A stretch of 64,000 nucleotides of DNA from Leucoraja ocellata (GCA_036785375.1 JAWMAR010000034.1:11346001-11410000); one strand, 5' to 3'. Numbered from the stretch's first letter, positions 38,975 through 52,659 are shown. Made by a program: numbers and translations. The notes: a model not told the origin generated them from the sequence alone.

Positions 38975-39858
38975 AATAATAATAATAATAATCTTTATTT
39001 ATATAGCACTTTTCAACAAAACCAGTATTTGAACCAAAGTGCTTTACAGAGATTGATTAAATTAATTGAATAGATCAAATGTCAATAAATCCATAAAAAC
39101 AAAAAAAGAGAAAAAAGAAAAAGACACAGAACAGTACACTATAGAAATCAACATGAAACGTCCCCCCACAGCAGAATTCACTGTGAGGGAAGGCACTAAA
39201 AATATCCAGTTCTCCCCCTCATAGTCCACCCGAGGTCGGGGTCTATATGTGGCCTCCTCAGCCAACTCGATGTTCTCAGGCCCTCTGCCGCGAAGCTGGA
39301 TCATCGGCGTCGGGTGAACGTTCTTCAGTGGCCTGGACTGAAGCGGCCGCTTCCTCCCTGAAGACTGCAATGTCCAAAGTTCTCAGGCCGTGCTGGCTGC
39401 ACCTCTGACACTGGCGAACTCGGACACCAGGCCCCGCGGTGTTGAAATCCAGTGCCGCCCGTCCGCGGCTGGACGCTCTGCAGCCGCAGCTCAGCGATGT
39501 TCCCAGTGCCCCGGAGCTTACCAGAAGGCGACCCGGTAAGGCATCGCCCGCTCCGTGTTGGTGTTGGTGTCCCAGCATCTGCACCGCCAGGCAGGAAACG
39601 CCGCTCCAGCGCTGCTCCAGCTCGACGGTAGGCCGCACAGAGAGGACGAAGAAGCGGTTCGGAAGAAAACCGCATCTCCGACCAGGTAGGACTGGGATTT
39701 AAACAGTTTCCCCCTCCGCCCCCCCCGCCCCCCCCCCCCACCACATAAAAGAAGACTTCCAATTAAAATTTCCCACGGACAGGACTAAAAATAAAAATAA
39801 AAAAGGGAGAAAGGACGGACTGCAGGAGGAGCAGCCATACACAACGGCGCATCACCCC
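38975..39858 (-). mobile_element. GC-rich non-coding retroposon with (TTA)n tail, truncated by the gap
   Basis: (TAA)n at the left end, conserved stem-loop at 39161-39195, and a CpG-rich body with no recognisable protein. Confidence 0.5.
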
Positions 39859-40353
39859 NNNNNNNNNNNNNNNNNNNNNNNNNNNNNNNNNNNNNNNNNN
39901 NNNNNNNNNNNNNNNNNNNNNNNNNNNNNNNNNNNNNNNNNNNNNNNNNNNNNNNNNNNNNNNNNNNNNNNNNNNNNNNNNNNNNNNNNNNNNNNNNNNN
40001 NNNNNNNNNNNNNNNNNNNNNNNNNNNNNNNNNNNNNNNNNNNNNNNNNNNNNNNNNNNNNNNNNNNNNNNNNNNNNNNNNNNNNNNNNNNNNNNNNNNN
40101 NNNNNNNNNNNNNNNNNNNNNNNNNNNNNNNNNNNNNNNNNNNNNNNNNNNNNNNNNNNNNNNNNNNNNNNNNNNNNNNNNNNNNNNNNNNNNNNNNNNN
40201 NNNNNNNNNNNNNNNNNNNNNNNNNNNNNNNNNNNNNNNNNNNNNNNNNNNNNNNNNNNNNNNNNNNNNNNNNNNNNNNNNNNNNNNNNNNNNNNNNNNN
40301 NNNNNNNNNNNNNNNNNNNNNNNNNNNNNNNNNNNNNNNNNNNNNNNNNNNNN
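39859..40353. other. Assembly gap (495 N)
   Basis: Run of N. Confidence 1.
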
Positions 40354-40678
40354 GACAGCGAAACTCACCAGCAACTTGAGAGCAATGTTGAGGGAATGTG
40401 CTTGTGATGGACAACTGAGCATCGCGCAGGCGCACTAAACACCTACCCACCCCCCACGACCGTTAGAACCGGTATCTTTGGTTGGAACCGGCGCGCGCTC
40501 AATCGGGCTCGAGCACGCACGCGGGGACGCGCACGGCCGCTGGAGCATCTTGGAGCGGCGTCGCCCACGCCCCGTCCCGCCCCGGGCGTCACGCAATTAA
40601 AGGGGCGGGCAGGCGCTGAGAAATACATCCGCCGACATATACTATCCACCGCTGAGTGTACACAGAACGCAGGCTAAG
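40354..40678 (+). promoter_or_regulatory. CpG-island promoter / 5' UTR of the SORL1-like gene
   Basis: Very high CpG density; NRF1-like GCGCAGGCGCA (~40424); GC boxes CCCGCCC (~40576) and GGGGCGGG (~40601); YY1-like AAGATGGCGG overlapping the ATG. Confidence 0.75.
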
Positions 40679-40927
40679 ATGGCGGGTGGTGGCGACGTCT
40701 GTCGGGGCTTGATCCTCCTGCATACCCTGCTGCTCCTGGCTGCGGCTCGACGGCCCTACTATAAGCCGCACACTCTGCACGTTGACCAGGGACTGGCCGC
40801 CGACCCGCAGGACAGCAGGGTGATGACTTTGGCGGCTGGTTTGTCGGAGGAAGGGCCGCTCCGGAGGGACCAGCATCGGTGGCGCAGGAGCATCGACAGC
40901 CCTCATCTTGTGGACCTGACGGGACAG
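40679..40927 (+). CDS. SORL1: SORL1/SorLA-like receptor exon 1 (signal peptide and propeptide)
   Basis: AAGATGG Kozak context; hydrophobic LILLHTLLLLAAA; PQD motif; furin site RWRR|S; ends LTGQ|GTACAG in phase 0, like the GQ end of SORL1 exon 1. Joins in frame to exon 2. Confidence 0.8.
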
Positions 40928-41625
40928 GTACAGTCGCTGGTCAACCTACCCCTCCCCCCCTACACCCCCACACCACCTCACACCCCCACACCCCGCATCT
41001 TGTGGACCTGACGGGACGGGCAGTCACTGGTCAACCTAACCCCCCCACACACCCCACACCACCTCACACCCCCACACCCCCCCCCCCACACCACCTCATA
41101 CCCCCCAGACCCCGCATCTTATGGACCTGACGGGACAGGTACAGTCGCTGGTCAACCTACCCACCACCCCCCCCCCCCCCACACACCCCACACCCCCTCA
41201 CACCCACACACCCCGCATCTTGTGGACCTGACGGGACAGGTACAGTCACTGGTCAACCTACCCCTCCCCTCACACCCCCCACATCACCTCACCCCCACAC
41301 CCCGCATCTTGTGGACCTGACGGGACGGGTACAGTCACTGGTCAACCTCCCCCTCCCCCCCCTACACCACCTCACCCCTACACCCCCCCCCCCCCCACAC
41401 CACCTCACCCCCCCACACACCCCACACCCCACACCCCGCATCTTGTGGACCTGACGGGACAGGTACAGTCATTGGTCAACCTACCCACCTCACACCCCCC
41501 ACACCACCCCACACCCCCACACCCCGCATCTTGTGGACCTGACGGGACAGGTACAGTCACTGGTCAACCTACCCCCCCCCCCCCCCCACACACACCCCCC
41601 CTCCCCCCCCCCCCACACCCCCCCT
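40904..41625. repeat. Minisatellite: 7 copies of a ~47-bp core containing the exon-1 splice donor, separated by C/A-rich spacers
   Basis: CATCTTGTGGACCTGACGGGACAGGTACAGTCACTGGTCAACCTACC starts at 40904, 40996, 41115, 41216, 41305, 41439 and 41527. Confidence 0.92.
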
Positions 41626-43289
41626 CTGGCCACTTCACATCGCTTAATAACCCACACTGCTGTAAAAAAGAAATTGCTGCAAATTTATGTTTGTGTAAAT
41701 AAATGAACTCCAATTGCACGCGGAAGTTACTGAGCGACTACAGACGGCTGCTGCGGGCTCTCTTGTTTGACCTGATCATAATACAGATTATTGCCTCCTT
41801 TCATCATCACACCTCATGCTGCAGCCTTTTTTTATTTGTTGTTAGCAACCTCTTCAAATCTGCTCTCTCTAATACAGAACAAACAGCCCCCTCCCAGGAG
41901 AACATTGGAAATAAATCCAGATTGCAAATTAAATGTGTTGTTACATGAGCAAAATCTAAGGCAATGAGAAATGTCTGATAGCATAAAGGTCTGCTGCAGG
42001 TGTTGTTTTAAAAGCCACATTGATATATTTCTACAAGTAATCAGGATATCATTTTAACCCCGGAGGGTTGTAATCTCTGTTGATGCGCTTTATCAGATCT
42101 AAATAAAAGCATGATAACAAAACATTGTTTATGACAGAGAAGGCACAAGAGACTGCAGATGCCTGTATCTTGAGCACAAATCTTCAGCAGTCTCATTTGT
42201 TTATGGCACAATGATCAGTTGGGCCAAATAAGCTATTTTTGTACTTTATGCGAATCTACGATTGGACATGCGCTCAAATGAAGCAGTTGAGTAAAGCCGT
42301 GTCCAATGATTATCATCAAAATAAAAATTGGATGATGGAAATGTTTAGAAAATAATCAGCAAGTCAGGCAGCATATGTGGAAGGAAAAACAGTTAACATG
42401 TCAGCTCAGAGACCCTTTGTCAAAACACTTGTGCTTCAAAATTCTGTTTGCTAATGTAGTCTCCTGTTTTGTTCTGATGATTGCACAATAAAAATGTTTA
42501 GAAGCAAATTTAGAGTATTGTCAGCGCAATGGTGCTCTTAACGAGTGCAATAAATTTCCTGTCATAGTTGATCAAACTTCAACACTTCCTTTTAAAAAAA
42601 CAAAAAACGACTGCAGTGGAATATATATTTTAAAAATGTACATGTGATTTTGAAGAATAGGGGTGGCAAAGGCAATAAAAAGAATTGTTTATATTTCGCA
42701 ACAATTTTATTTTTGTACTGTGTCAGTTTCGTAACACCTCTGTAAAAGATGCGTGGACTATTAAGGCCCATTCTGTACAAATAAACCAAGCTGTCAAATC
42801 TCTGGAAGAGAAATTCTCATAGTTAAAATTGATCAAGACCGGGGCAGTTATGTTATCAATAATGTATCTCTAAATTGAAGTTCTGCACTTGCTAGAAATA
42901 AAATGGTTAAATTTGCAATAAATAGATGATAGAATTTTCAGATCAAAAGTGACATTTGTAGCATAGTATTGGGTTATTGTGCACTCTTCTGAAGTGAAAG
43001 ACACTGTGCTTGTAGACCAACAACTGTCTGATATAGAGTAAACAGTTACCCTTCTTTATTTTCTATCTTTGATTTCATTGCTTATGTTACATATTAAATG
43101 TTGCGCTTGCCTTAGGCCCAAACATCTTCAACTGCTTCATCAATGGTTGATTTACCATTAAAAGGTCAGAAGTATGGGGTTGTTCATTTCCTGGGCAATG
43201 AATTAATCCATCACCTGCACCAAATGCTAATTCCTTACCATTTGTGATTATGTGACATTTGTCCTGTTGAGTGTATAGTTTGTGGTGGG

Positions 43290-43918
43290 TTTTTGACTGT
43301 GTATGTGTGGGGGGCGGAGGGTGGGTGGGGAAACTTTTAGATCTCTTCCCTGTACAGGGACCCGACCTTTTCCCTGTCGGGTCTCCATTGCCGTTGGGGC
43401 CTAGCACCGTGAAGCGGCCTTCAACCGGAACGACAGCTCAAGTCACTGAGCCTGCGGAGCTGCGGACCTACCATCGTGGAGCTGGCCGGCTTCCGAGCGT
43501 GGAGAGCTGCAGTGGCACGCTGCTGCGACCCAACTCCGGTGGATGGTGACACCGGGAGCTCGCGGGTCCCCGGTGGGAGATTGCTTTGCAGGGCACCGGC
43601 AACTTCTCCCGCTCGAATTGCGGGGTTGAGAGTGACCTGGAGCGGGGCCTTACATCGCCCGGCGCGGCTTTAAATGGCCGCGGACTTGCTAGCGCCCGCC
43701 GGAGGCTTTGACTTTCACTTCGGGAGAGGAATGGAGAGCAGGGGAGAGACAAGACTTTGCCTTCCATCACAGTGAGGGGGAGATTCACTGTGATGGATGT
43801 TTGTGTAAATTATGTTGGTGTGTGTCTTGGTTCTTTTCTTGTATGACTGCAGAAACCAAATTTTGTTTGAACTTCATGTGAGGTTCAAATGACAAATATA
43901 CGGTATTGTATTGTATTG
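43290..43918 (+). mobile_element. GC-rich non-coding retroposon with (TATTG)n tail
   Basis: CpG-rich body, 12-bp stem at 43764-43796, and GTATTGTATTGTATTG tail. Confidence 0.55.
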
Positions 43919-44799
43919 AAAGATTTGCATGTTGCAGTTACTCACCGAGGCTTTTCTAAGAGTACCCAGGTCCTCCTCTGACAGAAGGGTAGCAGGCATG
44001 TTGGAACATCACCACTTGCAGATTCACCTTGTCACACATCCTGATATGAAAATATAATTTTGCTGATTCTAAATCCTGAATCTCCCTCTCCAACAGCACC
44101 ACAGGCGTACTTTCATAAGGATAGTCACGGTTTGAGGAGATGGCTCAAGAGCAATTAGATGGTGGGAATAAATGGTGGCTTTGCCTTTGACACCCTAAGG
44201 CCGATTAAATTCATTAAACAAAAACTCTGAGATATTAAAACCCATTTCAATTCAACACCATATGGTATCAGTAATTTCCCATTGCCTTATTATTTTGAAA
44301 CCAGAATAAGTGCAGCAGGAAGTTAATGTTTGTGAGTAAGCTCAGTGTCTGGATAGCTATTACTATTTTACAAAAATCTAATGTTAATAAATACTTTGTA
44401 TATGTTTTGATGAGGTTGATCAGAGTGTAATGATGATGTTTATGTTCTAATAAAATGAGTTGTATTTCGGGATAAAAGAACATTTGTATCATTCAAATAT
44501 TATTTCAAAATATGCACATTCCTTTGATTTTTTTTTTTTATTGTTTAACTTTTATTCAAATAAAGGACTTCACTTAAATAATTCTACACAGTTTGCAATG
44601 TCATCTTCCCGCTCTATTTCCTGCTCTATAATCTCTGTCACATTGGTCACACTCTCTTGCTCTGTTCCTCTGAGCTATGTAATTCATCTTTGCTTTCCAC
44701 TGGTTGAGATCAGTATTAATCTTCTTGTTGAAGCTCTAAAAGCGAATCTATGATTCCTAAATATTATTTTCACACTTCCCGACCTCTTCGAGTCACAGA

Positions 44800-46490
44800 C
44801 GAGGTCCCGGAGGACTGGAGAGTTGTTATTGTTGCTCCGTTATTTAAGAAGGGAATTATAGGTCAGTGAGCCTCCCTTACTGGTTGGAAAACTATTGGAG
44901 AGGATTCTTTGAGATAGGATTTAATTCCATTTGGAAGAGAATGGGTTAATTAGGGAAGTCAGAATGGCTTTGTACAGGGCAGGTCGTGTTTTACTAACTT
45001 GATTGAGTTTTTTGAGGAGGTGATTGATGAGAATAGGGCAGTGGATGTTTATATGGATTTTAGTAAGGCATTTGATAAAGTTCCCTGTAGTAAGCTGAAA
45101 CAGAAGATTAAAATGCACTGGATTAATAGTGACTTGGTTGTATATTTTCGGAACTGTTTTGCTGATAGAAAACAAAGGGTGGAAGGACAATATTCAGGCT
45201 GGAGGTTTAAATGACTTGCATGTACACGTGGATGGGTTGGTTAGTGAGTTTACAGTGTATGGGTATCGCTGCTCGGCCTGATTTGGTGGGCTGAAAGGCC
45301 TGTTTCCATTCTGTATCTCTAAACTAAATACTTGGATGACACCTAGATTGCTGAGGTTACAGACTGCGATGAAGGCTGTCAAAGTATACAGTGGGATATA
45401 GATCAGTTACAGAGGAATGACTGATGGAGTTTAATCTAAACATGTCAGACATGTTGCACTTTGGGAGGTCAAATGTAATGGGGGAAATGTACAATTAATG
45501 GCACGACTCTTACCAGCGTTGATGTGCAAGAGGATCTTGGGATCCAAGTCCACAACTCCCTGAAAGTGGCAACACAAGTAGGTAGAGTGGTAAATAAGGG
45601 AATGGAGGGATATGGGATATGCGCGGGTAGATACGTGATGCAAGCACAGACATTGTGGGCTGGCCTGTTCTTGTGCTGTTCTATGTTTAAAAAAAAAAAA
45701 AAAAAATATTTGCAGTTATGAAAATATTGGAATATTTTGCTAGATTAGCAATGTTGTGTAATTACTTCAGTGAGAATGACTGATGCACATGAAGGGAAGT
45801 AACAGCCCTGTCCCACGGTACGAGTTCATTCCAAGAGCTCTCCCGAGTTTAAAAAACAAATCAAACTCGTGGTAAGCACGGAGAATGAATGTAGCGGGTA
45901 CGTCGGAGCTTGGGGACGTCTCTTAGCGCTAACGGCAAGTACTCGGGAAGACTTGCTAACGGCAGGTAAGCATGGGAAGACTCGTGAAGATTTTTCAACA
46001 TGATGAAAAATGTCCACCGAGTACCGACGAGTGGCCATTACCGTAAATCTCCGAGTTCGAATCAGGGCAAACTCGGGAGAACTCTTGGAATGAGCTCATA
46101 CCGTGGGACAGGGCTTTTAATGACAGGGCTCGGAGGAGTATTGAATGGTGGAGTCTTGGGAAGTAAGTCCATGGCTCTCTGAAAGTGGCAACACAGGATG
46201 GAGCAGTAAACAAGGCAAATGGTATACTTGCCTTAATCGATTGAAGCAATGAGTACAAAAGTTGGACTGCATAAAGCTGTTCAGCAACATTTGGAATATT
46301 GTGTGCAGTTCTGTTAGCTGTGTTACAGGAAAGATGTGGATGTCTTGGAAAAGATGCAGAGAGCTTCACCATTATGTTGTTGAACTAGAGATCTGTATGG
46401 AGAGGTTGGACAAACTTGTATTGTTTTATTTTTGGAGCGTGGAGGCTAAGGAGCAATGTGATGCAAGATGAGGGGCACAGACAGGGTAGA
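44800..46490 (+). mobile_element. Fragmented CR1-type LINE with nested elements
   Basis: LTNLIEFFEEV..VDVYMDFSKAFDKVP, DLGIQVHNSLKVATQV and LEYCVQF remnants; interrupted by a SINE tail and a TIR element. Confidence 0.75.
45804..46115. mobile_element. Non-autonomous TIR element related to 4271-4735
   Basis: TIRs AGCCCTGTCCCACGGTACGAGTTCATTCCAAGAGCTCTCCCGAGTTT / AAACTCGGGAGAACTCTTGGAATGAGCTCATACCGTGGGACAGGGCT (~47 bp). Confidence 0.8.
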
Positions 46491-47106
46491 CTCTACCACT
46501 GCACCACCGTGATGCCCCTGTGTTGAACAATTCTGATTTGAGGAATAAAGTTTGATTAAATTTTCACTATTTGTAAAGGTTTCATTTCTTTCATTTTTAA
46601 CGCAGCCTGTGAACTAGGCTGGAACTGGTTTTGACCTTGGAATTGAGGCCTGATCCTCACTGTTTTCCCTCTTGGTTTTTATTTGGGTTAAGATTATTTT
46701 TAAAAAAATTGATAAATGTAAGTTACATTTATAGTTTTTTTTTAAAAATCTAGAATTACTTTTCTAAGTTGCTTTGCATGGAAGGAATACAGTGTCAGGT
46801 GTTTGGGAGATTAGAGAGGGAATACCTCGTACCTTGTGAAGATGGAATCCTGCCAAATGTTTTAAGGTTGGGAGAGACAAGGAAAAAAACAGCTTATTTA
46901 ACTACGTAATAAACAATGTTAATTTGTCAGTCTTCACTGAATGTTCAGACAGCAGAAACTAATTTGATATCTGTTTGTGTTGACTATAGCACCAGCTCAG
47001 TTTGAAATTTGTTGGAACATATGGACTTGTGGCTTCCTTGAGGGAAAGCTGCAGGAGAGATTTGCATATGTATTTTGCATGTCAGTTTGCTTGCACAGTA
47101 CCCTTT

Positions 47107-47293
47107 GGTAGACAAAAGTGCTGGAGAAACTCGGCGGGTGAGGGAGCATCTATGGAGCGAAGGAAATGGGCAACGTTTTGGCCCGAAACGTTGCCTATTT
47201 CCTTCGCTCCATAGATGCTGCCTCACCCGCTGAGTTTCTCTAGCACTTTTGTCTACCTTCAATTTTTCCAGCATCTGCAGTTCGTTCTTAAAC
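47107..47293. mobile_element. Fold-back Penelope-like insertion (~72-bp arms)
   Basis: 47107-47178 is nearly the reverse complement of 47186-47257; TSD ACAGTACYCTTTG at 47095-47107 and 47292-47304. Confidence 0.8.
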
Positions 47294-48169
47294 AGTACTC
47301 TTTGTGTACTTTTGAGAATAGTGAAATTTAATGTTACGTAATTACAGGAGAGAAAATCGCAAGATTTGATGGAGACTAAGGAATGGTAGTTGGAGAATAG
47401 GGCATTATGGAGGCTTTGACACTTTTGCTAATCATGAGATGGAGAAAGTTCATGAAATCAAGGTTTAGTAGGTGTTATTGGCACAAACCATAGGTCTGAT
47501 GAAGATGGGGCAGCACAGTGATGCAGCTAGTCAAACTGCTGATTCACAGACCTTGTGACTCTGGTTCAATCCTGACCTCTAGTGCACATTCACCCCGTGG
47601 CCACATTGATTTCCTCCCATGTCTGTATTTAAATTCGTCATAATTATGCTATTGGTGCCAGAGAGTGACACCTGCAACAAATGGTAAGGCTTAAATAATT
47701 TCAATACAATATATGGCATTTGAAGTAACTTTTCCTTTTGACAAGTTAAAGGTGTTTGTTCCGCAGGTGTTGAAAACCTGCAAATTATCCATTTAAATTT
47801 TGGCAATGAAATGCTCATAAAAATCAGGAATTGAAAACCAGCCAATTCTGGACTTTTGAGTGGACCTCAGTTTTGTGTGGTCTTTAAAATCTCCTGGGTT
47901 ACTTGTGAAATCAATGGAGTTTGCCATTTGACTGGTGGAGGAGGGGGAGATTATTTCATGTTTTAACATTTTATCCATGTCTCCTCTTGCAGTATGCAAC
48001 AACATCAGGCAATGTCTATGAGAGCAGGAACTTGCTGAAAATGTAGCTATATTTACAGATTATAAAAGGGCCAAATTTAGAAAGGTGATAAATGACAACA
48101 GAAGCTGTGTAAATGTCAATGTATAAAAGAACAGCATACCGTGCAAGAGAGCCAAATTAAAAACTTTGG

Positions 48170-48750
48170 TTTGCCATAGATAGGGTACACTCTCAGGATC
48201 TTTCTCCCACAATAGAAATGCCAAAGACTAGCGATTGGGCATAGCTTTGAGGTCAAATGGGGAAAGTTTAAAAGAAGGTGTGCAGGTCAATTAAAATGCA
48301 TTCGAAAAAGCATATGGATGGTAAAAGTTTAGAGCAATATATGGGCCAAATGCAGGCAGGTAGACAGGTAGGACAACCCCTTTTTTCCTTCCACCTCCTC
48401 CCCCCCCCCCCCCCCCCCCCCCCCTGTACCCAGGGTGGCACCCATTTCCCCCCTTCCTGTTCCACTTGTATATGGGCAGATTGGGCCGAAGGGCCTGTTT
48501 CCGTGCTTTGTAACGCTATCAGGTTTATTACACAGAGGGTAGTGGGTGCCTGGAACATGTTGCTGGATGTGTGTGGTGGTGGAAGCAGATACAATAGTGG
48601 CATTTAAAAGGCTTTTAGATAAGCACATAGAAATGCAGGAAGTGGGGTGATAAAGATCATCTGCAGACAGAATTGATTAGTTTCACATCTTGTTTGGCAC
48701 AGATATTGTGGGTTGAAGGGCCTCTTCCTCTGCTGTACTGCTCTATGAAA
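48170..48750 (+). mobile_element. Degraded, nested CR1 3' ends
   Basis: FITQRVVGAWN motif and two GGGCCGAAGGGCCTG-type tails. Confidence 0.6.
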
Positions 48751-51231
48751 CTATTTTGCCTAGCTAACCATATCCCAAGATAAGGCAAATTAGAAATATT
48801 TTTAAAAGATTAAACAGAATTAACTCTTGGAAGAACAATGGCGTAACAAGAGTCTGCATATGCTGGAACAGAACAATTTCTGGTGGAATCCTATGATGCA
48901 ACATTGTTATTACCTGCTGCTGGACATTAGTCTTAACAACTCTGGGTGTTTGATTAACAATAAAAGATATTGAGGATGATTAAAATTCTTATGATTTAAA
49001 TGCAATTAGTGATCTCTATATTAATCAGAATCATGGCAAAGAGAATTGGGCAACATTACAGGAAACTCTAAAGAAGGAATATCCTATACAAAGAATAATG
49101 TGGAGGCAACATGGGATTGTAGAGAGGTGAGCTAGATTTATCAAAGATTAGATAAGATTAATTTAGTGAATGCAATATGAAAGCTTTACAGAATCATTTA
49201 AATGACACATTTTCCAAATGATTTATTCAATTTTCTGTCTACTTCGAAAGTACAATGCGTACAATTACTACAATGCATTTCATTTCCATCCCCATCCCCA
49301 TGTATGTGTTAGAGAGCAGATGGATTTGAAAGGATTAGGAGATGAGATTGAATGACTGATATTTCCTGTGTTAAGTGATTGATTGGCCAAGGTGGGTAAG
49401 CAGTGGGATGTTTAAGATGCATGCTATTAATTTGCTGGGTACTGTAGATGGTTTTTGTGGTTCATTCACTGAAGGTTTCAAAGGAACTTTCAATATCTGT
49501 GAAAATAAAGCAAGTAAGCACTGTGGCCATGCCTTCAGATACAAATCCTAGGGATCTCCTTCATGTAACCAGAAATATCACTTGCATGGCTTCACATGTT
49601 ATTTTTTTTATTGATCAGGTGGTAGACAGAGAATCACCAGTAATGGTTTCCCATCCTGTGCCCACACAGTTACCGTTTCATTTTTATTCCCAGGAATCTA
49701 TAGGGAGTCTCTTGTTTTTCACCTAGATGCTCCTCTGGGCATGATTGAAGGAAACACAGCATCATAATCCTTCTATGCTGTTGTCACCCACCTCTGACCC
49801 TTCCTTTGGCTCTAAGTTATCAGCAAAACAACCTGCATTTGATTAACTAACAGTTTTTCATGCATTAAACCAGATTTTTTAAATTTGCATTTTGTGGAAT
49901 AGCATAAAATCTACCAAGTACTGATCGTATGTTTAAGAAAATATTCCTATTCCTTCGCTCCATAGATGCTGCCTCACCCGCTGAATTATTTATTTTATCC
50001 TGTGATCCATATTACCTTGTACATTATGAGCATGACACCGATTTTACGAGTAAAACTAGCTTTTTCTAAAATTAGGTTATGTCCATAAAATGAATATCCC
50101 CAATTCTTTCAAGTTTGCCATCTTGTTTTGAATGTTTTATTCTTGACAAAGGACATTAGTGAATGTACATAATGCAGATTTTTCCTTTGGCATTCTTGCT
50201 GTGATTTATGAGGAGTGTTGTGATGCTTAAACTGGGAGATATGCTGGGTAAATAATTAAATTTACGTACTCTTCAGCAATACCAATGGTGTTCAGTTTTG
50301 AGTGAAAAGTAAAAATGGAGCTTGCTGGAATTTGTGATAAGAATGGTAAATGTTGTAAAGATCAAATAACATTTGTTGAGAGATACAATTAGCGTTTCAG
50401 GTTAATGTTATTCTTCCAGATTTGGTGAAAGGTCACTGACTTGCAACACCTGACCTGTTTCTCTCTCCACAGCTCTGCCTGACCTCCTGAATATTTTCAG
50501 CATTTACTGTTTTTATGTGCAACGTTAATGTTCTACTTGAGCTTTGTTAATACTCCGCCTGCAGCCTGTCCATTATTATTTCTATTGAAGCCATCTTGTT
50601 CCTGGTGGCAATGAATACCTCCCCGTCTCGCCGACCCTATTTTCGTCATTCTTTTGTCAACCTGCTGAGCCCAGCCCTGTATAATCTCCACATGGGTGTA
50701 TCTGTTACCTGTGGGGTATTTGTAACCTCTTTTAGTCTCCTACATTTACAAACATTTTTAGACATTGCAGTTTCTGTAAGCTTCTCTAGTCTTCTGATTT
50801 TGCTCTGAGCTCAGGCCATCTTTCTAAATTCTGTCTTTTTCTGCTACATCATGTTATGTTGTTTACATTTTTTTTTGTCCAACAAAGAAAATTAATTCAA
50901 AACTAGTGTTAACATAAAGTAATTCATTGATTCTCAAAAGCTATTTCCACTAACTAGTGTATTTAAACCTGGTGGACATTAGTGATTTGATGTTATAATG
51001 ACTGTCTAAAGATAAAGCCAAGGCAAAGATAAATAGCAATTCTAAAACCAGTGCATATTACTTTTAGCTTTGATGTGATCTGCATCATCTGTATTGGATA
51101 TTGGCATTTCTGATCAGAAGGAAAAATGTTCTAATTTAATTTTGCTGGGAGCTAATGACTTGTTTCATCTGCAGATGGTGTTTTGCAGGTGAGGGAGGAT
51201 AGATTTCAACCTTATACTTTCAAATCTTGAA

Positions 51232-51535
51232 GTTTAGTTTTGAGATGCAGCGTGGAAACAGGCCCTTCGGCCCACCAAGCCCACGCTGACCAGCGATCCC
51301 TGCACACTAACACTATCCAACACACACTAGAATCAATTTACAATTTTACCGATGCCAATTGGCATACAAACCTTTACGTCTTGAGTGTGGGAGGAAACCG
51401 GAGCACCCGGAGAAAAGCCACGTAGCTCACACGGAGAACAAACAAACTCCGTACAGACAGCACCCATGGTCAGGATTGAAACTGGGTCTCTGGAACTCTA
51501 AGGTAGCAACTCTCCCGCTGCGCCGCAGTGCCACT
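51232..51535 (-). mobile_element. tRNA-derived V-SINE (HE1-like)
   Basis: Reverse complement of the 986-1312 family (V-domain GTGGGAGGAAACCGGAGCACCCGGAGAAAA on +). Confidence 0.8.
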
Positions 51536-52659
51536 CGTGTAGTTTTTCTTATGGTGAGATTTTAATATTTGATTTGCTCTTGGATGAAAGGTTCTGAGGT
51601 GGTGGCAAGTAGTGTGGTATGGTTCAATGGAAATAGATGCCGTAACTGTTACACTGTTAATGGAGTGTATGAAGTAGACAATATCTTGCATTAAATACAA
51701 GTATATCCATATTTGTGTATACGTTTAATTAAATTCTAATCTTTATTCTTTGCAAGCATTCTTTCACAAAAAGTTGGAATTCTGCCCTGCCTTTAACAGA
51801 CATAGCACATCTTAGTGCTGCTTGTGACTGGTGCTTTCTGACTTCATTAGAGTGATCTGTTCGCAATGTTGATTCCCACAGGACTCCCAAGATTTTCCTT
51901 TATCCCAATGCAGAACATGGTTGGGTGTTCCTTGACCTTTGTCGCAACAAGCAACTCCAATGGGTTTTGTTAATGGTAGAAATGGCTCTCCTCTGCTAGC
52001 CTGGAGCGATCCCCATACAATCTTGCTAATGGTCCCATGGTGCGAACATATGTTATTTTCACTTGCCTTTTGCACAGTTTTATCAGATAACTAGTAAGTG
52101 GAAACAAAGCAAATGTAATGGATGTTAAATAAAGTATTTGCCTACTTTCTGTCTTCCTGTTTAGTCAGCAAGCATAAGGGTAAAATACGTGTGCAGAAAT
52201 TGTGGATATATAGTAGTGATGTGCATTTACAATGAAGACGTTAATTTTATTCATTGTTAATAGAAAATTTCAATTTCTGAACATGCAGCTAATGTGTTGA
52301 ACAACACTGTTTCGTGTTGTACTGTCATGTGGGAATTCATGTAGGCCCACTGACAGAAATGGTTGCTGCTGGTTACTTAATGTGCCATGAAGTGAATTAT
52401 AGATTATCTGAGGTAATTAAAAATATTTAAAACAAAATGTGGTGATCTTCATAAGACTGTTGCCTTTCCTTGTTTCCTCATTTTTGCTTCCCTCTTCTGA
52501 ATTGCATTGTCTTTTCATGAAAGAGAAAATTCTGACACAGAAGATGAATAACAATAACCTATAATAGAAATATGTCTGTCTATAATATTATTTTAAAAAG
52601 ACTTTTGGGGGGGAAAAAAAGTCCCATTTAATTGGGGCCCCACTGTAGTTTAACTATGC

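Noticed and set aside
39062-39762. GC-rich ORFs here and at 43271-43788
   Set aside because: They lie within repeat bodies and show no protein motifs or splice structure.
39763-40450. 219-aa and 221-aa ORFs
   Set aside because: Artefacts of the N gap.
40904-41625. CRISPR-like repeat-spacer array
   Set aside because: Vertebrate DNA with no cas genes; the spacers are low-complexity, mutually related C/A tracts and the repeat is an exon/intron junction, so this is a minisatellite.
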